From Trichoplax sp. H2 (lineage: Eukaryota): a DNA stretch of 64,000 nucleotides. The translations under genes and the position numbers were made by a program. The stretch lies in assembly GCA_003344405.1 (NCBI GenBank), contig NOWV01000266.1:1-64000 (forward strand), written 5' to 3'. A model generated the notes under the pieces. That model made no database searches, was not told the origin of the DNA, and saw nothing but the letters and a program-made list of their open reading frames with translations. Below, in pieces: positions 1-13,322 of this stretch. Every line of letters starts with the position of its first letter. The first letter of the stretch is position 1.

Positions 1-582
1 TGAGGTATATCGATAACTGTACTAAAATGTAAAATGTATAAAAAACAGAATAGTAACATTTATTTCAGATAGCAATGCAAGAATAGGTAAAATTAAGCAG
101 ATTCACTTTCAGGTGCATAAACCTTGATTGATGGGCTGCAGTAGCTGTCACAGTACGATATAAAACTAAATAAACTACATAGCTTAAATAATGTGTCTAC
201 GTCTGCGATAATGTTACTGTAATACGAAGGAACCAGTAATGAACGAATGGAAAATTCTTAGAGCTACTACATTAGCCGCCAGACTATTTCAATCCAGCCG
301 GAATAAGACACTAGCGTACTGGTACATAAATCTTACACACCGAATAAGTGATCATAAAAAAAAAGTTATCATCGCAGTTTCGAAAATGCCAATCTTTGCG
401 AATTTAGAGACAGTACAGATGATACGTTACGGTATATATATATGTACAGTAAACCAATTTTTAGACATACAATCATTCACATGTATTGGTGTAGAACGTA
501 AGGCTGTAGTCACATGCATGTAATGATGTCAGGTTGAGGAATATTTTATAGAAGTAAATTTCACACGCAGTAGCTAACGTAC

Positions 583-3500
583 CTGGCCAAGCATTATACA
601 ATACCAGAGAAAAATGCCAACACCCTAAGAAATGAAGCAGAATAAATTAATTTGAATTTATAGTTTGGTATCAGATTTCGAGCTAAAGCACAGTTGCTTT
701 GCTTACCAGCATTGAAACAAATACATTATGAAATGCATCAATAAATGAATTATATTGAATGCAAATTAATGATTGCGTTATCCAACAGCAAAGTTGCAGA
801 GATATCAACGAAATCTCGCTTCCGATTATAGACCTAGGTAATGAAAACATTTTATATGCAAATACTTCACTAATCAAGTCCATCAGAAACCTACTTTATA
901 CAGTCATTATAAATTAAATAAAATATGTGTTAACAAAAACTTTAGTACTATGAATTAGGCCAAGTATTAACAGAAACTGTAGTATTAGTAGTGTTGTGTA
1001 TGATTCGCCTATTGTACGCGCTTCGTGATAAGAAATTATATAGTACTCTTATATAAATTCAACCCCTTTCCACCAAGAAATTTCATAAATTGTACAAGTT
1101 TTGTAATAAGAAAGCGCCTATTGTATAGCTGCAATCTAGACTAAAGCCAATCGAGGGCTAAATTGACACAAATATATATGATGAAGAGTTTTATTATTCG
1201 GTAATTAATTTCCGTTATAAAAGTTTATCGTTTCGTCAATCACTCTAGCGGATATGCTTTTAATGATGAGGCTATTTATGTAAAAATAATCAATGAGAGT
1301 AGTTCAATTAAACCCTGAAAATAAAACTTTACAAGTACAGTACCTACGGAAATATCTCTAATTTAAGAAAGAAATATGAGGCAGACCCGCATATGTTCTG
1401 AAAGAAAGGCGTAATCGATAAATCTAAAAGACTACCTTAACATGCCTTTCATGAAAGAAAAAAATTTAGCAATTAAGTGAACTTTAATTACCAAAAAATG
1501 ATACTAATTTTCTGATTGTGTGCTACTTTAGAAAAATTTTCATTAATATTACTAATTAAAAAAATTTCGAAACACTAAATGAGGTAAAGATTAAAAAACA
1601 AAGGAAAATTTGTATATACTGAGAAAGACCGAGCTACTGGCATTTCCGAATTAATTGCTGATTTGCTCAGATTTTATGTGTATATAGACTAATCAGATTC
1701 GTGTATAAAGACTAAAGTCTATATACACGTAAATCTGAGCAAACATTACCAACTTACTTTACTTTATCATTGCATAAGTTTTATTAATAGCCACTGTCAA
1801 TAATAAAGAATATCATTATGAAACGTAAAATAGAAATATATGACTCGTACAAATAAAACCGACTATATCACAAAAGTTGAGTCACATCAGTCTAAAAATA
1901 ACATTAAAATGAAGGATTAAAATGATTTCACAAAGGCCTAGTAATAAGCGATTTTCCGGAATAAGGAAAAACTGTATGTGTTAGCTATCTCATACCTAAA
2001 TAGGTAGTGCAAACGTAAAAAAAGAATGATCACTTCTTGGTTATGAAAACTAAGAAAGAGAATCCTTTAAAATACAGAAATGACCAGGGATGCTATATTA
2101 TATGACCTAATAAAGAAATTCTTAAAACTGTAATAACGTCGAGCTTACCGTATAACATAGTGTATACTGAAATATGATTATACGAGTTAATAAAAAAATG
2201 TAAACAGATTATCCGTGTGATGTACATAAAATGTAAATACGAAGAAAAGAAAAATTTTTCATCAGTCATTTCAAGTAAAATTGAGAAACTACGAAAGGTA
2301 TTGCAAATAAAAGAAAATTTACGAACTTTCTGTATAAATTTTTTTTCGAGACTAACATGATTTATCATAAATATGAATAAATTTTAATTTAATTCTACCG
2401 CAGCAGCAGTAAAATTTATTATAATATTAGCAGAATGGATAATTTAGACTCGAAATTAGTAATTTCTGAATATGTACTTACGAACCTAAAGCCTTTCCCT
2501 AGTACTTTCTTATGTGAGATTTCCATTAAATAAATAAACTTGACGTATCGAACAAGAACAAATACACTAAGCTAAAATAATGGAAGTTATTTATTAATAA
2601 CGGAAATTCACAAAGAATGAAAGAAAGAAATTATTTATACCAAAGTTACTAGACATTTTTAAATACATTCCAATTAAGGTTTATCTGATATTTTTAAAGC
2701 CCTTAAATATACAAATAAATGATATATATGAAACTAGTAACATTAACACTTGTAGATTTTGTAACAAAAGAATCGGGTGGTAAGCAGAAATTCTAATAAA
2801 TTTAGAAATTTAACGAAAGCTGTTAATAGCCTACTGTATTTACATAACTATATATATGAAATGTAAACTTACTGCGGATATGGCACTGATTGGCATGATT
2901 AGAAGATAAAATATATAATGATGATTTCGGCAATAACTGCAAAATACGATCGCATAAAACTATCAATACTTGAATATTACAAAAATTCTTACGCATCGTC
3001 AAAATTCTGAAGTCCATTTGAAATAAATCAACAATAAATTATATGATAACAATTTTTTTTACGAATAATTTGTGATTACCGTGACGTAGAAAAAAATAAT
3101 GTATAAATGCATAAAAAAGAATTGAAAATATAACGATAAATTATGGGTACCAGTTTTCAAATTAAATTCTTAAAATATTAATCTAAATCAGAAGTAAATA
3201 TTTAAATATACGGCAGCTCGTAAGTTTTCCTTACCAGGTGCTGCTGACTTCCATTGGATATTGTGTAAATACTGAAATGATCAGAAGGACAGCCGGTAAG
3301 CCTAATCAGTAAGAAAAGGACTATTCTAAGTTGCAATTAAAAAAAGTCTATCTAACAAGAAGTAAACTAAAAATCTATACAGTAAATTTCTGCGCGGATA
3401 TACAAAAAATCATACTACCAAATTATGTATTCGTATTTTTTGATACTGATGATCCTATCATTTAAGTAACCCTGACATATCCTTAGCAGAATACGCTACT

Positions 3501-6500
3501 CTTCCATAATAACAAATACAATTGCTATTTAAGTGCCCTTAGGGCTATCGTAAAGAATACGAAACATACTGTCTATAACCAGAGTCTAATCTTGTATATA
3601 TAGCACATTTCACAAATTTCTTCGCAGCGATTTATTGATAACGAAATATCTAACGTTGTAAAATTTATATTCATGCAATGAAATGAATCAATGCCTATGT
3701 TTAAAACAATCGCTCGTTATTCTTTTAAAAGAAAATAATCTCCTTCATGGATAAAGAAATTAGATCAAAATATGTTTACAGACAAACATCGCTTAGAACC
3801 GTCAGCTGTTCATTAGTCCCTAAACACATAAAATTTAAATATCTACTGTGAAACAGTCAATGCAAACATTACGGTAACAGCTTCTTAAATTTAAATAAAT
3901 AATAAACAGCTTTAACAAAGTAACTCATATTACAACATTTACTGAAGCTTGTTTAAATGCAAAGAAATGATAACTGTAATGTAAACGTATTATAAAAAAA
4001 AGAACGGTAAAACAGTACATTATCATTTAAAAGAGTAGAAGAATGAAGAACTTCGCGGTAGTGCCGTAATAACTTTTAATTTTTTTACTGGTCTGTGCTG
4101 TACTTATTTATCAACTTAAATGCAACTACTACAAACTGAACTTAAGAATACCGACAGTTCTACGAGAGTAACTCCGATTAGAAATAGTAAGAAAAATTTG
4201 TTTAAGTTCCTTGAATTGGTACTTCTAATGCGAGTTACTTGTTTTAAAAATATTACAGAAACGGTTTTTTCGATTACTTTTGGCTCCCATAAATTTCTTT
4301 AAAAATGTATAAAATAAATACCTACAACCCGACGCACCATAGGAAATTCAATACGTTAATTATGCAAAAAACTTCTTATTAATGTTCCTATACTGCCTTG
4401 TTATATTATAATATAACCTGTCTAAACTCGATCGTTAATAAGAATAGCTGTGTACGTTAACAAAACGTCTCAGACGCATCGATTGAAAGTGATGCTATTG
4501 CTATTCCTTTCTAACCAAATGGCAGATTTAGTTAAAATAACAAAATGAAAAATTTAAATGTCTGAAAATAAATACATCCTTTCAAAATTATAGTATGTAG
4601 GATTATTTTACAATACCCATATGGGTTTATCGTTAAGAAAACGAAACACTTTATAAATTAATATTTGAAAACACGAAATAATTGCATGGAATCCAAAATC
4701 TAGAGCGAACTTACTAATTAGTATAGTATAGCTTTTTTACCGAACCTAATTTTTTGTCGAATAAGACAATACGATTAACTAAATTTTATAAGATTCGAAG
4801 TTATAGTTGCATATACAGTTAAGTAAGGAATTTTTTAAAGATAAGTAAATGGCTAGAGTGTATTAAAATTTATAGATGGAAGTAAATACCGTATCCATAT
4901 GCCAAAGACCAGGCCAGTCTATAATTTCTACTTCTATTTCGGTGATAAGTTCTTAAAGCAATTTGAACTTCAATTGTAGCCCACGTAAAGCAGGATAAAA
5001 CAAAAAAGTAAAGAGCTGATGCAATGACAGAACACTGGACCTACGTAGGGTCGATAAAAAATTTTGTAAGTAATCAATCCTGTTTCAATCTAATATACTA
5101 CCCAAAATATTGTGAGTGGGGAAGTGAAATAAGGCACGAAATCTCTGTTAGATTAATATTTTTTCCCAAACAATTTTGGCTTAAGAACTAATGTGAATCG
5201 AAGAAACTCAGCAAAACTCTTGCAATCGCTTAAATGATTATTGAAGTTACGTGCACTGATTCTATTAAAAACTTTAGAGTTTAAGATATACATTCCAAAG
5301 TCATTTCCAGTCGACAGTATAATGCTGTTTTATTCCCATGAATTGATGAAAGACTTGACTAGAAATATTTTATACTTGGTAGATTTAGCGCTTAGGGATT
5401 TTAGACATACACGTATTGTGTACGAATCCATGCCAAAATTTTTACCTGATGTACATTTAAAGCGTATATGATGTATATGGAGGAATGTAAAGTAGAAGAC
5501 CAATAATTCAATAAATCAATTCTGGTTTAAAAAGCATACAGTATATAAAGAAATGAGGGATATACAATCAACAAATATTCTAGGACTGCAATTTTACCTT
5601 CGATATGTTCCTAGCCATGCTTTCCGCTATCATAAATAAGAGAGACGCAAAACCAGAAACTGCCGTCAAGTTAATTATAGGAAGAAACCGGGAGCAGAAC
5701 CCACGAATTCTAAATTAGAAGAGAAGCTTATTTTCAGCCACTGCAGATCCAAAAGGTCCAAGCATTCCGTAAATATTTACATACGGCTACGCTAAAACTT
5801 TGAAATTAGGTAATACTCAGCGTAGTAGAGTAAAATATTACTACAAACCTTATTAAATAGATATAATATCCAAAAGTTAGCGTATTACAAACAAGTGATA
5901 TCCCATGTGACATATAAATGAAACCTGTAGTTTGAAAGGTAATCCTAGAAGACTGCAGAATAAATTGAACAAGAGTAGTTGGAGCACTTGTATTAGCTGT
6001 ACTTCTGCTACGGTATTAGTACTATGGTATCTTACGTTATCTTCATTTACAAATAGCGATAGTAAACCGATGTTACTATAATTCATGCAATTACAAATGG
6101 TACATGATGCATTGGAAAATGCAAATTGACAACCAGGATTCAACAAAATACTGCTCCTGAATGAAACAGAAGAAGAATTAAAGTGTTGTTATGTCACTGT
6201 ATCATTTGCATAATACCATCTCGTCGAGATCAGAAAAATTAAAAGCTAACGTCCAAGTGTAAATAAATTATACTAATTAATGCACCAATAATGCAAGTCA
6301 ATTTATTAGTAATACTAAATGAATACATTTACTTTGGATTAGCGAGTTCTCGAAAACCTATTTTGGATTTACCTTGGCTGATGACTCCAGTAGACACACA
6401 TAGAATCTCTTCTGACACCGGTTATTAAGACCCGCTATAGAATATTAAAGTCATTTTTAATTTACGAAATACAACAGGTGAAGACTGTATCTAATTAGAG

Positions 6501-9500
6501 ACAGAAAGCTAAGAGCGACAAAATCGTTAACGAAAATCTACGATGCTACACCAACATACAATGTAAAAAACTGATATTTATGTTGCCGGTATTCTATCTA
6601 AATGATCATTACTCCGTGGCTTTGTTACTTAATTTATCCCATATGCTCGAACCTGTTTGGGATGCTGGAATATAATTTTTATGGCCACTTTTACCGGAAA
6701 ACGATTAATAGGTCCTATTCCGATCGAAACCATATCATCTAACGACATACTTTGAACTTCCTTAGCGTATCTTACACAAAAATTTCAATAAAATTAGAAG
6801 CAAAACAGTAATTTAATTTTAATTTATGCTCTGATTACATTTCAAGCGATACTAAGCTTAAACTGACATGTAAAGTTTTGTATTCTTTAAAGATAAGGTA
6901 GCAGCTTCAGACGTCAGTTAAAGTGATGAATTTTGAAAAAATTTAATTTGCGCAAATAACTAATAATTGAATAATGGCTAATTTGACAAGGTAGCTAGGC
7001 ACTATAGTACCTGAAAATTGCCTAGCTACCTTGTTAATTTAGTACCTTAAAACGGAGTTACTTTTGGCTATGGGTATAAATTCTGCTAAGGTCGTATATT
7101 TCATAAATGCAATGCAAAGACGGGACACATTATCTATTTCTGAAAAGTAAGAAAAAAAGACTCAGTATTTGCTTATTATCGATTGTTACGAGTCCTAAAA
7201 TTTGTTGTAATATAAACGATAATAGTAATTCGATGCAAGCTTAGAATATAAGTGTTATAAGCTGGAATAAACAGTTTAACGTGCACTACTTTAAACAAAG
7301 TACAACAATAGGATAAAATACAAAATCCGAAATTAAGAGAAAGCGTAAACTAAAAAAATGCCGTCCTAAAAGTTTTGATGCATCTTTGATATTAATTTAA
7401 ATCTCCTTTATTTTTACTACAACGGTATTCATTAATCCGAAGGCGCGATGAAACAAAGAAAAAAAATTGTATAAAATCGAAAAGCATGTAATTGAACAGA
7501 AAATGCTAACTTATCGGAATACCCTTAAGCATTTCTTCAGAAAAAATAGCCGTCGTATAATCTCCGCGGGAAGTTTGTGAAGTAGAAAGCACAAGCGATT
7601 TATTATAGCCAGCTGGTAAAACTCTTAATTTAATTTCTATTTAGCAAAAAAAATTCAGGTAGTAAAGAAGTAAAATATAAAAATTATTTCATCATTTGAT
7701 TTTAAAATTACATTTCATTAATAAATACCAATGTTGGAATGCTTAATAGATAAGGAATTCGTTAACGGATCTTGCCATCGTAACGCAATCTTCTTAAATG
7801 CATTAGCAACATCTACGACACTAACATTCTAATTAATTGTTAAGAGGACCTTATTTGTAAGTATTGAACTGACACATAAGAAAAAAGGTGTTCAATAAAA
7901 TTCTAACCGACGTCATGGAAATACTCTGCCATTGCCGCTTTAGAGTTACATTTAAAATGCTATTCACAAGCAATGCGAAATCCTATAAGGAAATTATAGT
8001 CTTAATTGATTTTTTAAAAAACATTAATAGCGTGCATGTCATTACCTACAGCTAAGTAGCTAAGCACGTAGTGATTGGTTACAATATCAGCAGATATAAC
8101 AGTAATGTACTAACTACAGTATTGTATGCCCCGCATCACCCGTAGCAATAGTCTACCAATCTGGCGCGTTCTCAGAACGAGCCTGATTATACAATATTAA
8201 TATTAATAAATACAAGGCCAAATTAATTTCGATACTTACTTGTAAAGTTTTATTTGCTACAGAATCGTTACAATCACGTGCAATTACGTTTAAGAATGAA
8301 ACTATTGTGATTATTTCTCCAGTTATCATGTCCCCATTGATGCTATTTACAAGAGGTAATTCACGTGAGAGATAACCACAGTCATAAAAGCCAGATGAAA
8401 TCTAAAAATTTCATTTATTTGTCAGGAAAACGTATTCGTCCATAGACAAAAATTTTAAGGAGAAAGCGTGTGTCTGAAGTAATGACCTGTTAAAATTTAG
8501 ATACTTGTACACTCAGTAGAACTGCACTAAGCATTATATTTTCGAATATCTCGCTATTACCGTTGCTTTTAATGAGTACAGCTGTTTTGTCATGCATTCG
8601 GTCAAATCAGGATTCTCCCACAAAGCAGCATTTCTATGCCTTCTACATTTTCTTTTAGCTATACCTTTAAATATTAATTGCCCTTAAATCATTATTAATT
8701 GTTATATACTATAAGCGGCTTGTTTTACTGTGTTAGCACTATATAATTTGAAGTTTAATATTGTTACTTAAAAGGTATACACAACATTTGCAACATAATT
8801 TCAAATTTTAAGAACAGCAATTCAATTAAAATAGCTATAGAATTCAGACCAATCTTATTTGTTTCAAACCGAAAATATCTACGGCAATTGCATTGCCTAC
8901 TAAGACTTATTATATATACATATATATTTTTTATACATTATCGAGATATGCGGAAAGCGAAATTTAAACTAAAGGTTTACCCACGAAATTTTCAGGACAC
9001 ATTTGCAAATCAGTCTGGGTAGCTCTAGTTGCAGACCATTGTACACCTTGCTTTTTCTCACTTTTACAAATAAGATCGCTGTCTAATAAGATAATAAGGC
9101 AGTCAAGATATAGTAAAATTTGATGACACAGGTGCTCATCAAAAGAACTAAAATTAATAAATCTGAATGCACTGTTTAAATAATACATATATATATGTAT
9201 TTACATACGTTTGGTAGTATTAAAGTAAACTCTCTATCTCTACAGTGAAAGGCAACCTATATCTATTTAACTTGTTACATTAATATTAACTTTTTAATAT
9301 AGTCAGAACGGCACTGACGGATCCTTTCCCTGCTGAATTAGATGCGATGCATGATAGCTGATGATTTTCTGTCGTCAAATTACTAGCAAGAATCAGAATG
9401 GAGGTGTATCCTTTGTTTGAAATTGTAGCATTGGAATCTACCATTTGATGAAAACAGCAAATTGAAAAATATCCAATATAGCTTTAAATTCGATCGCCTA

Positions 9501-12500
9501 GCATATTATTTCAAATGACTGATTACAATTATATAATTTCTTGTATCTGTTAAATTTGATAATTACAATTATATGTACTATATAACATACTAGCAGTGAA
9601 CACCGGTTACGATAACGTAACGGGTAATCACTGTTAGTTCTAGTTATATTTATTTAATAATGTAAATATTCATAATAATTTATCAAACGTTGAATTAACT
9701 TAAAACTGTACAATACATACAAAAACCATACTGACTATACTATTATAAAGATTCTATTTTATTAAAAGAATGTAATGTCCCGATGCCACATTTAATTTAT
9801 TTTTGCACCTCATAAACTTACTCGTCAACAAACTGCCATCGAGATACCATGTATACTGTATTGGTAAGGAAACTACGCCAGTCTGCGCAGTAATATTAAT
9901 TATGCAGGTAAATAATGGCGTTTGTCCGCTTGTTATCGTTAATGGGGATAAAAATGGTTTCGGTTGAAGACCGACATCTGTGCAATTGCGAAATGTAAGT
10001 AAAACAATCCTTTCATTAGCAAGCATATAGAAATTAAGTTCAGAAATGGAGTACGTTGATAATTATAAGCAAGATCTACAGTAAGATTATGTACTGGAAC
10101 AACGAAACTAACCTGTATCACAAAATTGGCCGATCCATCCAGGGGAACATGCACAACGATAACGATCATCTCGTACCCTGCAGTAGCCACGGTAACAAGG
10201 ATGATTCTGGCAAGTCTGAGAAACTTCATCGGCTGATAAAAATATAGGTAACAATTCTCTGGATAAATATTTTACGGTTAATTTAAGGTGTAAGAGGAAT
10301 ACTGGTACAACATCTACATATTAACGTTGGGGTGGAGCTGACTTACCTAAATCAGGGGTTAGATTTGTCATAGTTATGTACACAACTTCGCTCTGAGGCC
10401 CATCGCCACCATTGTTGTAGGCATTTACGTTGAAGGTATAGACATAATTACTTAATAATCCAGTAATCACAGCAGACGAAACGTCGCCAATTCTCATCAC
10501 ATTTACTGCATCGCTATCATTTAAAGAATAGACAACCTATACATTTTACGATAGTCACCCAATTATTTTTTTGCACTGGAATTTTAAAATATGATTATTG
10601 CGTCACTAGACCAAAAATACACTATAAATTTTTTTCAAATGTAGGACACCAGTGCATACCGGTATATACAGTCCTGAACAGATCGAAATAGCTCGATGAC
10701 CAATATTTTATCTCATATTTAGGTAAGAATGCCTAAGATACCTATCGTAGATCAAAATAAGTAGAAATTAAATATTGAGGTTACCTTATAACCATTGACT
10801 ATCGATGATGCAATTTTTCTCCAAAATATTTGTACACTTGTTTCATTGATTTGGAAAACTTCTATTTTATCAGGCGCCGAACCTGGCGGTGCGAGTCCGG
10901 TTTTAACAAAAATTGGGGTGCTCATGTTTCCTTCACCATAGTAATTTTTGGTTTGCATCCTTACTTCATAAATAATGTTACTTCGGAGACCATGAATCAT
11001 AGTTTGATAGTGACTAAGTAATCTGATTCTTGTATATTTCTGACCACGGTTATCCCGCTCTTTATACAAAAGAAAATATTGAATTCCTGGACCACAATGG
11101 TATTCTCGAGGCAATGGAGTCCAGCGGACACTAATTACATCTGGCATACTTTTCGATCCAGTGGCTCTTACAATATTTGGTAAATAAATAGGAACAGAAC
11201 CTTTGGTCTGCAGTTCAATAATTTGATTACTCTTACTCCTCCCGACACCGTTTTCAGCCACTACTGTAATTCGATATCTATTCCAAGGCGATAAGTTAAG
11301 CTTTGCCGTATTCATATTTGGAGATATATCAGGATTTGCTACTTTAAAGGATGTGTTGTTATTTACTTGGTAAAGTACTATAAACCGGATTAAAGGCTTA
11401 AAATTTTCTGATCCTGGAACCCAACTTATAAAAACACTTTTAGCTGTTAATTCATGATAAGTAATATTACGCACAGGATCAGGAATATCCACCACAATCA
11501 ACTTAGTCTTATTAGCTATATATTTATTAAGAAATCGATCATCATATAGTTTAACTATGCAACTATAAATTCCAGTATAGTTGAATGTTGCATTTGATAC
11601 CGTTAACAAAGAAACGAGAGGAGAAATGTGATAAATAATAATACCACTGCAATTACTCAAGTTCACGTCATCCTTTCGCCATTCCAGCTGCATTAATAAA
11701 CGAGCATCTTTTGTTACGCTACAAGTAAGGGCGAAAGAGTAATATCTCCGAATTAATACTTCCTTAGAGGAGTTAATAGATAAAATAGTCTGATTACGAA
11801 CGACAACATTAATTAACTTAGAAGATTCCCCATGAGAATTTCTCGCCATGCAGCGATAAACTCCTTGGTCTTCCAAGACGACATCATGCAGCTTTAAGTT
11901 ACCATTTTGGTACTTCTCAAATTTTCTGTTCGTAGTATTAATATAGTTTGTATCTCGGTAATACTCCATATCTGGTCTCGGACCGCCAAAGACGGCACAC
12001 TGTAGGATATCTGTTGTGTGCAAAAAAAATGTTTGTGCCATTACAGAGCTAATAAACTTAGGTGAAGAGGAAATTACATTTAATCTGCCGTATGAGGCGA
12101 TATTGTCGAAATTATTCTTGGCAATGCACGTGAAAATCTTCGAATCGTCCTTGGTCACAGATGAAATGACTAGATTGCCATTTGGGAATACTGAATACTT
12201 GGAATTATTTTTGATTTCATTTCCATTTGCAAACCATAAGTAAGTGATGCTGGATCCAGATGCAATACAAGGCCATCGAAATTCCGACTGTTGTACTGCA
12301 ACGAAAACGTCTCGAACAGGGCTAATCCACTGTGGACGTCTTTCAACCTGTAGTTTGTATATAACTGTATCTTCACCGTAAACATTTCTAGAGTGACATC
12401 GATATCGATCGCTATCTTTACTGGTAACTGTTTTCAATATCAAACGACGTCCATTATTCTCATAGTTATATCTATCAAAGGGAAGAGGTCCTCCTGATCG

Positions 12501-13322
12501 ATCCCAGTATATCAACGGCAGAGGTCTACCAACAGCAATACAATCAAGAACTACTTTACTAATCCCTTCGATTCTCTTCATTGTAGTAACCCTATGAGCT
12601 CCTTCAGAAAGTATCCGCGCTGCAAACGAACTTCTATTTGACTCACCAACAACGTTTAATATCTTCCAAATACTTTGACTCTCTTGTTTAAGAGATATGT
12701 TCAGATACTGATGAAAAACTTCGCTGATAATATGGCATCGATACTCATCGGTATCTAATTTTGTGACATAGCTAAAGTATAAATTGCCTGTCGCCGAGGA
12801 AACAAATACTCTTTTACCGTCTGCTGGATTCTGACCTGTTGATTTCTTTGTCCAATAGATAATTGAAGGCCATGGTTTAGTAGTAGAGACAATACCACAT
12901 GGTAGGTAGGAATAGTTTCCCTCGCTCGCAATTACTGGTTCAGAATCTGACGACATCCATGGAAGTGCGAGAATCTCTAATGTAGCAAAACGACTAAGAG
13001 ATATTCCTTCTCGCCCCTCAGCTATACATTGATAGCGACCTTGATCTGATGTTGACACGCTCGTGACTAGTAAGCTGCCGTTCGCGATCCTGACTCTTCC
13101 AGTCTCGCGTATTGCGGTATTGTCATGTAGCCACCTATAAGTAATATTACGTCCGCGTGCTAGGCAATGAAGTTGAACTGTTTCCATAACAGATGGAGAG
13201 ATAGCCTTATCGCCAACATAATCTAATGGTTGTATATAAATGTCTAATAGAGAAGACCTGACCAAACCAAGCTGAAAAAGAAATATTGTCAATTTCATAA
13301 ACGATTCTAATCCAAGCTTCAT
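583..13322 (-). CDS. Adhesion GPCR: signal peptide, 6 Ig, 3 FN3, EGF, Ig, HormR, GAIN/GPS, 7TM (>=23 exons, >=1656 aa; C-terminal tail exon(s) not resolved)
   Basis: Manual splice reconstruction, all GT-AG and phase-consistent: 13322-10785, 10536-10347 (end of FN3-3, VNAYNNGGDGP), 10232-10113 (EGF: CQNHPCYRGYC..YRCACSPGWIGQFCD), 9977-9822 and 9437-9291 (Ig), 9082-8981 and 8664-8561 (HormR: C..GVQWSAT..CPENFVGIAKRKC..WENPDLTEC), 8401-8240, 7982-7908, 7828-7729, 7636-7511, 7139-7046, 6770-6653 (GAIN), 6434-6373 (CVYW), 6156-6036 (GC..TICNC), 5952-5849 (TM1), 5709-5598 (TM2, INL), 5040-4890 (TM3, C..LYFFVLSCFTWATIE), 3301-3235 (TM4, GLP), 2936-2873 and 2571-2486 (TM5), 833-707 and 624-583 (TM6/7, GVGIFLWYC). 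Confidence 0.85.
1662..1743. repeat. Intronic inverted repeat (~28-bp arms)
   Basis: tttgctcagattttatgtgtatatagact (1662-1690) versus agtctatatacacgtaaatctgagcaaa (1716-1743): reverse complements apart from one indel and one mismatch. Confidence 0.85.
6978..7042. repeat. Intronic inverted repeat (24-bp arms) abutting a splice donor
   Basis: ctaatttgacaaggtagctaggca ... tgcctagctaccttgttaatttag, two mismatches; the minus-strand donor GT is at 7045-7044. Confidence 0.85.

Noticed and set aside
2093..2368. Hydrophobic ORF as the aGPCR TM6 exon
   Set aside because: It has no aGPCR motif; exon 833-707 fits both the phase and the TM6/TM7 pattern better.
4618..4699. Candidate TM4 exon (DFGFHAIIS..)
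   Set aside because: Its end phase is incompatible with the next exon; 3301-3235 gives the canonical GLP motif and the correct phase.
10752..13322. 856-aa ORF as a complete secreted contactin-like protein
   Set aside because: The third FN3 domain is cut at a donor (AAG|gtaac, 10785) and completed by the exon at 10536-10347; the ORF's last residues are intron read-through.
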